The notes under the pieces were generated by a model. The model was not told the origin of the DNA, ran no database searches, and saw nothing but the letters and a program-made list of their open reading frames with translations. A stretch of 62,219 nucleotides of DNA, the filler included, from Choristocarpus tenellus KU-1152 (taxonomy: Eukaryota; Protista; Phaeophyceae), in assembly GCA_964200185.2 (NCBI GenBank). It is 11 parts of 11 records of this genome, joined end to end, with 100 filler letters (N's around TTAATTAATTAA, not from the genome) between each part and the next. Parts side by side here need not be neighbours in the genome. Positions count along the whole stretch, not along the records: positions 15,592 to 28,007 come from CAXNAD020001846.1; positions 28,108 to 30,874 come from CAXNAD020024922.1; positions 30,975 to 40,494 come from CAXNAD020003615.1; 8 more parts are not named here. One strand, written 5' to 3'. Each line of letters begins with the position of its first letter. The stretch's first letter is position 1. Positions 27,855-40,594 of the stretch are shown one piece after another. The translations under genes were made by a program, and so were the position numbers.

Positions 27855-28007
27855 AGGCCCAGAGTATCTGGGGGGGGGGTGACGGCTGTCCATTTGGAGT
27901 CAATTTTTCATGTCACTATCTTATGGGTGATTTAGTTGCATACGTCGGATGTATAACGTAGATGTACTTTTCCTGATTTTGGTCCAAGTGGACACCCTGG
28001 TGTAGAC
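27855..28007. mobile_element. Family-A MITE, truncated by a gap
   Basis: ggcccagagtatctgggggg followed by the family-A core in reverse orientation. Confidence 0.8.
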
Positions 28008-29843
28008 NNNNNNNNNNNNNNNNNNNNNNNNNNNNNNNNNNNNNNNNNNNNTTAATTAATTAANNNNNNNNNNNNNNNNNNNNNNNNNNNNNNNNNNNNN
28101 NNNNNNNGGGGGGAGGGGGGGTGCATCCTGTCTCTCACCCCCTGAAGTGTCTTGGGGCCTATTGCCATCGTTGCCCCCCCACTCTAATAGGCGGCATCCT
28201 TGCTCAATTTCTCCATACGTGTGAATGAGGAATGTGTGCGGCTGTGCTGCGTAAGGTATGGTGCTTGTGGTCGTCCTAAGGACGACGGTAGATCTACTTG
28301 TTGTGTTACCAATATGGTTATTTTCTTTTTTATGTGTCGGTCCTGGTTATGTCTGTTCCGTTGTGTTATCGTTGATTAGTTCAAAGGGGGCACTGACACA
28401 GATATGATTTCAGAAATGGTACTTGGAGGGCAGTATGCACAAGGATAATAGCATGAAGGGAGTGAGTACTGTATAGATAGATGAGCATAGCAATGTAGAC
28501 TTGCCTGCAGTGAGGCAATACATGTAGTATGTGTGTGTCTAACGCTTGGCACTAGAGGTGAACCTTGAAACAATGTGACAAAATCGCACATGCTTGTGTT
28601 CTGTACGTGAATGCATTATACACCCTACTCGTCGAATCTCAATAATCAATAAACGTTCAGCTATATTTTTGCTCCTATGCAGTTGTAAGGATAGGAAAAT
28701 ATGCAATTGGTATATAAATGACAGCTACGTTTGTGTTTTTTATGGGACATAACTACAAGTTTTTACCTTGTATATAATACTGCGATGGGGACATGACTAT
28801 ATACGTATTGATTACTGGTATTAGACGCATTCATGTCCGTCACATTGGTTGTTGCAGAGGTTTTTGGAGATAGCTCTGATCGCTCCTTCTTTCTCATTCA
28901 ACACGGGTATATTTCTAAACAGTTGTCAGTAGGTAGAAGTATAGTGGTGTAAACGGTGGAAGAAATAAATTAGAGGGAAAAATGAAGTGGTGTGTGTATA
29001 CCCAAATGTGACATCCCCATCTCCCTTGAGGTGATGACGATGGACATTGCAATTTATGGGCACAGAAGCGGGCCATATTGTGCATGATGCAAACCAAATG
29101 TTGTATGCACCATACGGCTTGTGGGGATGTATTCCTGTTACAAGCATACCATGATGGGATATGTCATTCTAATCCATAACAGTGCACGTGGACAATAAGC
29201 TCGTACAAGCCTCCATGATGCACAAGTCGTCAAGTCATCATTATCATGACATAAAAGGAACCGGTCAACAATGTCCCATCTCAAACCATAATGAACAAAT
29301 AATACATTCTGTGGTAGTCAAGAAGTACAAACATAAAAAATCTTGGACTTCAAGATCAAAATAGCGTTTATGAAATCCCCAACGAGAAATATCGCCTGTA
29401 GCATTCCCCGTTGAGACATGAAAGATATCGTGTATTTGGAGTATGTATATGAGCCATGTAGGTAGGGTATAGAGATTACTACTTAACGAACTCGTGTAAG
29501 GCAGGTAGGTGAAGCACCCAGGCAATATTGATAGGGACGGGACCTCTGCAACTGTGATACAGTTTTTGTTGCGTACTTATGTATGTCAGTACTAACTGCA
29601 CGTTGCCGGTAATACACCCTGATTGATTCTTACCTGATCGATAATTGTTCATAATGACACACTACTTCTGTCTCATGCACCACGCAAGCAACCTGTGATG
29701 ATGAGGTATCCTACGAAAAAAGGGTTGACCTAATTTTCTCCTGCCACTCTGCTGAAAACGAAGCTTGAAACATCAATAAATGGGCTGCACAAACACATTA
29801 CAGCACTTCAAAACTATATACACAGACGGAATGAATCTTAGAA

Positions 29844-30019
29844 GGTACAAAGTATCTGTGGGAGGGTGGCGGCTGTCCATTCGCGGTCCATTTTTCCATG
29901 TCGCGATTTTTGTGTGATTTGGTTGCTTGCGTCGAATGGATAATGTAAGTGCACTTTTCGTGGTCAGGGCCCGAATGGACACCCTGGTGTAGACCTCCCC
30001 CCCCCAGATACTTTGAGCC
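29844..30019. mobile_element. Family-A MITE (176 bp), 4-bp TSD AGAA
   Basis: ggtacaaagtatctg ... cagatactttgagcc; agaa at 29840-29843 and 30020-30023. Confidence 0.9.
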
Positions 30020-30810
30020 AGAAGGGATTAACCAGTATGTACTTCATGCGCGCACATGTTCTCCTCACAACAAGAAATTGGTCTACTTAGTGAGTGGTAG
30101 AATTTAGGGGCACCCTTACGAATGTGCATACAAGGTCCCACATACAGTCATTACCATCATTTTCAGTATTGAAACATGTCACCCTCTTTGATAATGCAAA
30201 ATGACCATGTTAAGCATGGTCCTACGCACACAATGATCACCAACCTACACACTCACAGATGTGTTAAACGTCATAATAAGTGAGAGTTGTCTTCTGGCCA
30301 CTTGCTACAGCGCTGGAAGCAGCATTTCATGCGCGTCAAAATAGAGGAGAGTCAACAAAAGGAGACATTGTTGAACCAGAATAAAGTGTATGGGTTTGTG
30401 AGTGCAACGGAGACTTGCCACCCGCCAAGACAGGAAGAGGGAGGAAGGGTATGTGAGGAGTAGAGGAGGGCAGAGCTTCCAAGTCAACGAAGAGGATATA
30501 TATATATATTGGCCTGGGAATATCCATTTTACATATGTTTCAAAACGCTAACGGCATCTCGGTAGGACCGCCATGTTACATAACGCTCCACAATCTTACC
30601 ATGATGGGATATGTAGCTCCAATCCACCGGCCTGCAGTGCGTAGACAAGGCTTATTGAGGACTCTATAAAGGAATGTCGTCAAATGTGCTAGTTCATTCG
30701 CTTCACTAGTTTCAAGGGGGGACTGAACAGCCGCTCGCTCTAATGTGTGGCCTGATAATGACAAATAAATAGTCAAGAATTACAAATATATGAAACCTAA
30801 GACTTGAGGG

Positions 30811-31190
30811 GGGTCAAAGTATCTAGGTGGGGGTGCCGGTGTCCGTTTTTCACCCTGGCTCGAAGTATCTGGGGNNNNNNNNNNNNNNNNNNNNNNNNNN
30901 NNNNNNNNNNNNNNNNNNTTAATTAATTAANNNNNNNNNNNNNNNNNNNNNNNNNNNNNNNNNNNNNNNNNNNNCTACCCTCCCCCCCAGTCCCCGGGGG
31001 CCAAAACACCAAAAAAAAATGTGGGGGGCGGGGGGGGGGGGTCTACACCATGGTGTCCATTTGGACCAAAATCAGGAAAAGTGAACTTACGTTGTCCATG
31101 TGACGTATGCAACCAAATCACCCAAAAAATGCGACATGAAAAATTGACCCCAAAGAGACAGTCGCCATCCCCCCCCCGATACTTTGAGCC
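30811..31190. mobile_element. MITE ends on both sides of a gap: A2 start with a nested A-type end (30811-30874) and a family-A copy (~30998-31190)
   Basis: gggtcaaagtatctagg..gtccgtttttca then ggctcgaagtatctgggg. After the gap, the family-A core ends in cccccgatactttgagcc. Confidence 0.75.
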
Positions 31191-31268
31191 AAATGCCTGT
31201 GTGGGCACCACCTTCTTCATATAATTTTTGGCAATGTGTACCCGGATGGGGGGGCGATGAGATGAAGC

Positions 31269-31333
31269 GAGTCAAAGTAAATGAGACGTACCCAACTCTC
31301 TAAAATCTGGGTACCTTTAGTTTACTTCGAGTC
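31269..31333. mobile_element. 65-bp mini-MITE made almost only of family-C TIRs
   Basis: gagtcaaagtaaatgagacgtaccca ... tgggtacctttagtttacttcgagtc. Confidence 0.65.
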
Positions 31334-32380
31334 AGAGCCTATGCTTTGGTTGTCCTACTCCTGATGAGGAGAAGAGTGACAAGGACTCCAGTTCCGATGA
31401 GCCCGCTATTGTGTTGATTAGGGGGCGAAGGCTAAAGAGAGTGGACTAGAACACACCTGGGCATTGCTACACCAGGACAAAATAGAGGTCTTAAGTGTTT
31501 TTCCTTCAAGAAGACCTGAGATACAAACGGATATTCGACAGTTCCTTGACTAATATGTTGTTCCTGTCATCTGTACCAACAATATTAACTGCACACACAC
31601 ATAACATTACTGGGACACAATGTCATACCTGAGCGACTAGTAGAAGTCGTAAGCATGTGCCCCAAACTTGGTTTACAATACCATTTTTTTCATTCGTTGC
31701 AGGCACTTAAAAAAAAAAAAATCATTTTACGGCATCCTAGGTCCGAAAGGGCGACGCATGGGTCAACGTGGACTTTTCCCAGTAAGGCGCATGTGTTTTG
31801 GCTTGGGATAAACACGCCATAACACCATTCAGAACAAAATATTACTAAGTAGGTGAAACAATCAATCTCGGAAGCTAACTTTACAGGTGGTACAAGACAA
31901 TATAATTCCTTCTTATTGTGACAGGTTGTTGCGTTAGCCAAAAAATCTCAAGATCATGTTTTTAAGGCACTATCAGCAGCGTCGACGATGCGTAGACTCG
32001 CTAAAATAAACGTTACCTAAACTATGGAGGGATGAATTAATCTATATACACATAGATGTCAAAATGTAATAGGAAGTTGTTTTGGCCTACCAGATTGTAT
32101 AGACTACCGCATGGAAGCCTGCACTAGGGTAGTGGTTGAAGGATTGCTGTCAATGATGTATGTCCAACATGACCTACTCTTCATGAGGAACCCGATGGTG
32201 TCCGCCCCCCTACCCTGGTTCATCCTGTGGAGGGATATCAATTGACCAAGTGCACAGCTGATAGTGTAATTTACTCCGAGTACATGGGAATGTAACACAA
32301 CTTTGTTCTGAATCTATCTGTTAAAATGGCACCATCATTGTAATAACAAACATACTTCATGGTGGACAGAGTCCACCTTT

Positions 32381-33184
32381 GCCCCGAAGTAAACGAGGAG
32401 GTACCCATTTTTTGGTTGTTTTGCATTTAAGACAGTTTTTCAATCTTTTGAAATTCAACCATATTTCTATGGACGAAGTGTTAAGTTTGACTGGAGAGGG
32501 TTGATTCTCTATTGTCCGTAACTCTTCGACACAATTCGGAAAATACCCTGTACGACTTTGTGTTGAAATGCAACCCTGGGTACCTCTCGTTTACTTTGAC
32601 TATTTTTTGCCTCGTAACCTCACCCAGTACCTCGGCATCGTCGCTGCATTACTATGGCATCTCAGAAAATAGTAAGAATATCCCTGGTATATTCGATTCA
32701 ATATCAGCCGTGCAACGTTGTGAAATTTCTCGTAGGTTTTTGTTTGGATCACAAGTTTGCCTTCATTTAGTAACAACCTTTCCCACAATTTTACCATAGA
32801 AATCTGCATCCTTCATGAAGCACCCCAAAACGGAATATCCTGCTCCTCTCCCCCTTGTGAAGATTTTGATGAAGATCTTTTCATCTCTGTAGATCGAAAA
32901 ACTTTGAGTCAAAGTAAACCAGAGGTACACAGAGTTGCATTTTAAGGGTGCTGACAAACGTGGGAAAAACTCGGCTTCTAAAAAATATATATGTAGGACA
33001 TTTTCTGAATTATGTGAGAAAAGTTTCTAACAACGGAAATAAAAGGGCTTTCAAGTCAAATTCAGAACTTCATCCACGGAAATATGGGTGAATTGAAAAA
33101 GATTGAAAAACAGACTCAAAATGCAAAAAAAGACTTGAAATGAAAAACAGCCAAAACCTGCGTACCTCTCGTTTACTTTGGCCA
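32381..33184. mobile_element. Two family-C MITEs (32381-32602; 32906-33184, opposite orientation)
   Basis: TIRs (g)ccccgaagtaaacgaggaggtaccc / gggtacctctcgtttactttgac and gagtcaaagtaaaccagaggtac / gtacctctcgtttactttggcc. Internal similarity to 5372-5590 (ttttgcatt..ttcacccat..ttctatgga). Confidence 0.8.
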
Positions 33185-33816
33185 TTTACAATATGTTAGG
33201 GATTGTGTTTGTTTCCCTTGAAAGACAAGCTCACTCATCCATACAAATAAAGAAGAGGGACCATTAGATTCAATTCAATTCAATTATTTAGAACAAAACT
33301 AGAAACCTGATCTTTCTTTCTCTTTTTTTTTCTAACTATATACCATGACCATATTCAAACCCCTTCGTTTGGACCAACAAGGATGATAACTCTAGAGAAT
33401 AAACATGGATAGTGTGGAGGTCCTTTTATTACTTGCTAAGGCCTCATGTTGGAGAATGTGACAAAAGTCCCCAAAAGAAGTGAAATCGACACACTGCTCA
33501 AAGCCAGTTAAATGGCAACATAAGTACTGCATCTACCCTAAGGTCAACTCACTTCAAATACACATCTCCACGAACTTCAATTCCAAAACAATTTCTACAT
33601 GTCCTACAACGTCTATGGAAGCCCCGAATGGCATGTGCCTGGCCTTTTTCTATTGAAGCTCAATGCTACACACTGCCATTTTAAAATTTAACAGCAGCCC
33701 TGGCAATTCATACTTTCCACACCAAAAAGGCGTACAGTCTGAGACAGTAGAGTAGCATGAGAGCACTTCCAAGGGATATAGTATTTGCATATATTGAAAA
33801 GAAGTCAGCTCTTTTT

Positions 33817-36800
33817 TCACTGAAGATTGCAGAGATCACCATCCACGCCGACAATGGTAGAATCTTCATTGAAGATGTTGGCACAGTTCCCTTCCTGCGG
33901 TGGACCATATCAAATACAAACATATGTATCAGAGGACAAAATGGCAAGGGGCGGAAGGTGGGGATTATCTAGGTGGCCTTAGAACTGGTCTACAATACAA
34001 ATCCTGCTTTACGGGGGGGGCTAGCAAACTTTCAAGTCCTCTTGGATCTGTAGAACCCCTGAGATCGTTGAGTACACAGTCATTCATCTATGCACCCCAA
34101 TTGTGGTCTAATACAGCTCTAATTCGCACTCTGTTGTTTTGTTGGCTCAAAACAAGTCTGTTGGCGGTTCCTTGGGCTTGATCAACTCACGCTGACTTTG
34201 TTATTGTAGAAGAAGGGATCCACACCGTTAAAGAGAATAGTACCACCTTGGACGTTAGCAATGGCCCCACCGTTGCCCTCAGCAAAATTCTTCCTGAAGA
34301 TGGGTTCGCCTTCAAATCTATGAAGGCAAAAATGTTCCACAAAAAAACAACAAAGAAGTGCAGAGGGGAGAGAGTGAGAACCATCCAAACATGGAGCCCA
34401 CGCTGTTGTAGCTCAAGCAGAGCAGAAAATGTAAACAAGCATCTTGAATAGAGAGGCGCAGATATGACATGCTACAGCACAGCAATTTATTATAGACCAT
34501 AAAAGCAAAATGACAAGCAGTAGTAGAGAGACTTACGTTACCGTCCCAGTATTGTACAAGCCTCCACCATCATTCTCCATCGTGTTCCTCTTGAACACAC
34601 TCCGACCTTTGAATCTGTTTCCATAGTGTTTAATATTTTACCGAGACAGCAATGCGAATAGGGCAGGAGAGATAGCAAAAGCACCGTATCTGTGTTGGAG
34701 TAATTTCATTGGGCAGCAGAAGAAAAATAGTAAATTGGAGAATGCCACCACACCAAAAAGCACTTGCTTCAGGTCGACTGATGATGCTCTGGAGGTGAAG
34801 AGGGATAACCTCTTTGTGCTGTGATAGCCTTTGGCTCAAAACATCTGGAGGGGGTGGGGAGGAGGGAGGGCCTACACCAGGGTATCCATTCGGACCCTGA
34901 CCAGGAGAAGTGCACTTGCATTATCCATCCGATAAATGCAACCAAATCACCTGTAAATCGCGACATGGAAAAATGGGTCCCGGGTGGACAGCTGCCACCC
35001 CCCCCCCCAGATACTTTGAGCCTTTTACCCCACTAGGAGCTTTTGATTTAACCCTTCATAGATCGAGCAGTACTCAAATACTCCTAAAAGTACGTAAAAT
35101 GTGCTCTATGTACAGGATGTTTGGGATACTGTACAGATGGTGATGATTACACGGATGTGCATCAGAGCTCTGCAAAGACAAGACAAAGAGGGAGGGCTAT
35201 GGATCCGAGTGGTATTGAGGACAGCATCTACAATAAATTGTGCATAAGATCAGCATGGCACGATCCTCAGGAGGTACAAAGCCATTTCCGCCCAACGAAA
35301 AATTGGTGTTAAGAGGGACATTTGCTGCTCAGATCACTCAGCTTACAGCTAGTTACTCACATGATGTTAGGGTTAAGGTTAATTACTCACGTGAGGTCTC
35401 CAGCATTTCCAACTCCTCCTCCGACGCCGCCGTTGCCATTGTTATCAATAAAGACGGCCTTCTTGAATCTGAGCATGGCAAGCATATTGGGATATTGAGA
35501 AAAAGAGGCTTGTGGGTGAACATTCACACTGACTACATCAAGAATAAAAACTATGCAAAGCTGAAATAAGACCCTTCCTCGAGAGAAGAACCATTGTACC
35601 CTAGACAGGGGGGCAGGTATCCACTTGGGGCCTGTGTGAAGAGCCAAAGTATCTTAGAGGATAGAGCCGTGTCCGTTTGGGGGGTCAAAATCCATTATTG
35701 CGTTTTTTGATTTGTTTTTGCTATCGTGTTTGTCAGGAAGTGTCAATATCCTTGTTCCAGACACACCTTTTCATAACGTATACATGTTACTTACTCCGAA
35801 ACATTTTGGGGTAGGAAAATGTCAAAAAATCCATGGGAAGCCAGGCCCCAAATGGACAAACAATGCAAAACTTGTACCCTCTAAGATACTTTGGGTCTGA
35901 ACCTGTAGCAATGATTTCCATGTCATCTGAGTGAACGTGTCAGATGCAAGGGCAATTTTCTTCATCTGATCACACCTTCTTTTTGCATCCCCCTGCTTGA
36001 ACCAAATCTAAAGGAAATCCACTCACAAAATGGACATCAAAGTGGGGCATCTTACAACATCCCATCAAGCCTCAAATGGACAGCCTGAGCTAAACAACCC
36101 CCCCCCTCTCTAAGATTCTATGTCACAGAAATATAAGAAATAGTTCAACTGCTGAATTGATCTTGAGAAACGTGCTGAGTGACCAGCTCTAATGTGAAAC
36201 ACTTGAGCCCTACCAGCCCATGTGGGAACGAGAAAACTTACATGACACCTAATACAAAGCTTTGTCCCTAAAGCCTCTCAACGAGGTAATTTAGAACAGA
36301 ACGACATTGAGATTCTTCAATAAAGATTAACTTAGCCATAAGAGGATATATTTTTCTACCACACAGCACCCTTAATATATATGTGTGAGTATGGTGCATT
36401 TGTATGTTCCGAAGTACTACCCACAATTGTATTACTTGGTGCGTCAGTGTTAGATCTGTAACAGTACACATAAGTGCTATTCCAAGGTTCAATCTACCAT
36501 TGTAACTATTACATACTAATCTCAAGGACATTGTATTATCTGTTTGTTGATTCCATCGCAACTACAAACTGTTGTACTATAGTCTACTAACTACACTCTT
36601 AAGGAAGGGGAAAACGGTGGAGTATGTCTTTGTATATCCTGAAATATAGTTATAATATTATTATTCTGGCAGAGTGCAATGCAGTATTGAGTACTGCCGT
36701 AGTACTGTACAAAACACTCTCTAGCCAGCATTTGACATATAGATTGGGTGGATAGCTTACAGCATAGACCCCTGGTTGAACACTGCGCCTGCTCCTTCAT

Positions 36801-39800
36801 CAACATTGTGATTCTTGAATGTAGCCTTCTTCTTGAAGCTGGAGAAAGTAAAAGGTGAGAGTGAAATGTGTGCAGGATTAGAAGCAGGGAGAGAGGAGTG
36901 TCAGATATTTATAAACAAACCGTTCTTGACTATTCTCCGAAAATGTGCTACCATTATTGAGCTGAACCAATTGAAAAGTAGGCAGATTTGGAACGTTTTG
37001 CATTCGAAGTCAACTTTCTTACTCTGTTCAATACACTATTTATCACTTTATATGCACAATAGTGCACACAAAATCGATGTTTCTCCTTGTTACACAAACA
37101 AAGTGACACCACAACACAGCAACAGTTCTTTCTGCAATTGTACAAAATGTCTATATTTTTGCCCTCTCTAGGGATCCTTAAAATGCAACCCTGCCAACCT
37201 CTCAGTTGACTTAACTCATTATCACCACGCAGGTGTATTCAACTAAACACCAACCAGCATGATGGAAACCAAAACCTTGTCAACCCCCTAAGCAATAAAT
37301 ACTCTCCCCTATCCGCCTTTCCTATCTCAACTCCAACCCAAACACTTACGTCATTGTGCAGACATCACAGTTGTCGACCCCACCACCACTAACACCATCA
37401 AAGCTGCCTGCATTATCCTCAAAGTAAGCTTCGTCTTCAAATCTGCAGCACAAATGGGCAAGAGCAGGTGGTGTGCTCATAGTTTCAGACTAGTGGGGCA
37501 AAGCAGACTTTGAATTAAGCAGTAAGAGATGCATTCCACGTCAAAGGTTTGTACGCAACTATAATATCCCAACTACTCACACAATTGTGCCGCCCACACC
37601 ATCTAAATTGTCATCGTTGTCGATAGCAAGATAGAAGTTGTTTATGAAGGACGCCTTGCCACCAAACCTGGGAGTGGATTGAATGTAGGAGGTGTTGAGA
37701 TGTGGAAGTGTTCCAAGTGCCAAAACGTTTGAATTGTAGCGTCATGGACCAAACCCTCTCTACTTCAATTTTCAGATATAAACTGCAAGCATCATAAGTA
37801 TCATACCTGACATTCCCACCAAAGTTACTCCGCAATACGTTTCCATTCGATGTGAACGTGGTTGTCCCTGCGAAGCTGGGGAAGAAAAAAACGGCCGTAG
37901 GTCAATAGAGAGATGAAGAACTTTTATCTATGTGGAGATGCTGACAGGCCCGTGGCATACTACTCTGCAGATAAAACATCCCTTACATACCAGAAGAAAA
38001 GCAGTATGATTTACCTCTTGTACAAGCATGCAAAGACCCAAAACACAAGCAACACTATCTCATTGCATTGTATTTCCACACAATTATGAAAAGATTATGT
38101 GCATGTGCGGGTAGGCAATCTTACTCGAGATCTCCCCAGTTGCCGATGAAAGATCGTACATCCCTGACCTCGTTCGCCACAAGGTCTCCAGAGAATGACA
38201 TTGACCCGCCCTCCAGCACCCACAGCGAATAACCGGGATGGTCATCCTGATAAATGGTTGAGAGACTGTCAAGTAAGGTGGTAATTTAATCCTTGACCAT
38301 CCACAGAGCATGATGCAGAAAGCTCACACATCAAGAGTGCATCTTGTTGGTCAGTAAATCCTGCCAAAAATGTGCCAAAGCTCAAGATATTACCAGCCAG
38401 TCTCAGTAACACTCACCCTTCCACCCAACCTCTAGACAGATGAGAGTAGCCAACCAAATGCTAAACACAGTGAAGGATTGCAAGTTTTGATCACATCAAT
38501 GTGCACGACGAAATCAGGTCTCAAATGTTAGTGTCACCTGAGTGCGTGGGCTAGGTCCAAACGTGGTCGTGTCTACATCAAACACAATGCTTGCTCCATC
38601 GTAGACAACGAACCTGACCCTCTGGATTCTTCGGATGTGTAAGCAGAATGGGCATTCAGAATCGTGTGAGAACAGAGCATGCAGCTTGACACAGTGACGA
38701 TCTTGTATGATGCTAGTCAATTCGTTGGAGTTTGCCAATGATCAAAGGTTATGAAATCAAACAACACATTGCACTAAAAGAGGATCGGTAGAAAATAGAG
38801 ACATCAGGCATCAGTGAACAAACTTCTATGTCACAAATAATGAGTTTTCTGGCGATCTTCAACAATAGTAATCCAACAAATTAACTACACCAGTAGTAGT
38901 ACCAGTCCAAAGTAATGTGAGGTGTACATTGTAGTACTGTAGGAACCTGCATCATGAGTTTGGAGTGTGTTTGTACCACCGTATATAGAAAACAGTTGGC
39001 AACAACACCCACAAACACAAGTTATCTTCTCTCACTTTTTTCAGAGGGGTATCAGTTTATAGGCATTTGCAGGCACGCTCGCGGCACTTGAGGAAAGTAA
39101 AGACCTAAGAATCTCTATGAGTTCTATCTTGTGTGCAAAGGTCGAGGTGGATCTATCTGCTGTGTTATATTATGCAGAAGCCCATAACTTCCAACCCAAT
39201 ACGTTGAAAAACCAAGGAGCTGAAGAGGCTAGAGCCCATGTATGTTGTAAACGTTAGACCAGTGTACGGGTCATCATTGAATGTGGAAGAATGGCACCCG
39301 CCATTCTTAGTGGACTGGGCTCATCCCTCCAGGTTCTACGGTATGGAGAGGATCGTCCTATTTCAAAAAACACAGCTCTAAACCGATAACGCCCACACGG
39401 TGGCAAACCGTACTCGAGCTCTGGAATATGGTTGAACTATCAATGGTGTGTGTAGTACGAGTGATAGTTACTACGGTTTGATAGCGGATAGCAATTGGAA
39501 AAATTTCTAGCTCAAGGGTGCTCACACTTCAATGTGCGTCCAAAAGTATGAAATCCTAAGTACTCCAAGTATCAAATAGAAACTGCGGGATAGGAAGTGA
39601 AAGTTCAGCGAGCATATGCATGGCCATCAGCACACAGTGTGACTCAACAAGGTGTATAGATTTTTAGAGTCGAGGATATACAAATCAAATCCCCTCATTC
39701 TTTCCCCGACCATTCCGATGAGAAACCGTAGTCCTGCCTTTCTAGCCCGTCACTTACGTTATCTCCGAGCTCTTGATGGTCAGGGTACCACCCTGCACGT

Positions 39801-40208
39801 GAAGATCCGTCACCGTATCACAATAAATATGATCTTTGGGGGTGATTGTCATATCGCCAGGCATCGGGTAGGGCACTGCGAGGTCCGTGACATCGATGCA
39901 TTCAGCCTCGCATTGAGAATCGTAACAAGATGTGCCCTTGTTGAAGCCTAGATCATCACAGCATTCTGAACTCTCTGAACACCTTTCCCCCAAGGCAATG
40001 CAGGCCGCAGAAGATCTGGCAATATCCAGGACAAGGAGTGGCCAACAGTTTGTTGAGAATCAGGCGCAACTTGTGGCATGATGTACCAGACAATAAACAT
40101 GCAGCGCGTCTTCTGGTGTAATAAACATTTGTGGCAAACTTTCTCCATTCACCTTCCCACTGCATGTGCCCCGCAAAGAACAACTAGGAGGAACGAAGTG
40201 ATCTTCAT
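33817..40208 (-). CDS. Complete 11-exon gene, ~375-aa secreted protein: signal peptide, knottin-like Cys module, parallel beta-helix (polymorphic outer membrane protein/adhesin-like) repeats
   Basis: Exons 40208-40153, 40015-39758, 38628-38538, 38246-38125, 37875-37807, 37442-37350, 36838-36761, 35468-35391, 34614-34537, 34317-34191 and 33894-33817 all have GT-AG ends, are phase-compatible and total 1128 nt. N-terminus MKITSFLLVVLCGAHAVG. Repeats FxxN..GGG(V/L)/GGAI (FEDNAG..GGGV, FKRNTMENDGGGL, FRKNFAEGNGGAI). Ends ..DLCNLQ*. Confidence 0.88.
34833..35022. mobile_element. Family-A MITE in an intron
   Basis: ggctcaaaacatctgg ... ccagatactttgagcc; flanks cttt/tttt. Confidence 0.85.
35641..35897. 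mobile_element. Family-B MITE (257 bp), 4-bp TSD TGAA
   Basis: gagccaaagtatcttagagg ... cctctaagatactttgggtc; tgaa on both sides. Homologous to 54189-54446 (inverted). Confidence 0.9.
36959..37217. mobile_element. Degenerate MITE (family D, related to C); partial homolog at 46579-46818
   Basis: Imperfect TIR gagctgaaccaattgaaaagtaggcag / ctgccaacctctcagttgacttaactc. The segment ttctgcaattgtacaaaatg..gggatccttaaaatgcaac is shared with ~46730-46790. Confidence 0.6.
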
Positions 40209-40594
40209 TATTTTAATTGATAAAGTGTTGTGTTTAGTTGGGTTGAGGGATGGATGTAGGTGTTAGATTCATCAATCTCCTGGATAGGAAATTAGGAACA
40301 CTATTACTACATACCTAACAATTTGTATAAGTTACAATAAACATTTTATAAGTATTTTCTGATATGAGTGTGTCCAAACACATAATAATAAGTAATAATA
40401 ATATAAAAGATAAATTGTATAGGCGGTACTCAAATGAAAAATGGAGGGGTCTGTTGGATTCTTGGGATGCTTCCTTAGCTCCCCCCCCGGGGGCNNNNNN
40501 NNNNNNNNNNNNNNNNNNNNNNNNNNNNNNNNNNNNNNTTAATTAATTAANNNNNNNNNNNNNNNNNNNNNNNNNNNNNNNNNNNNNNNNNNNN

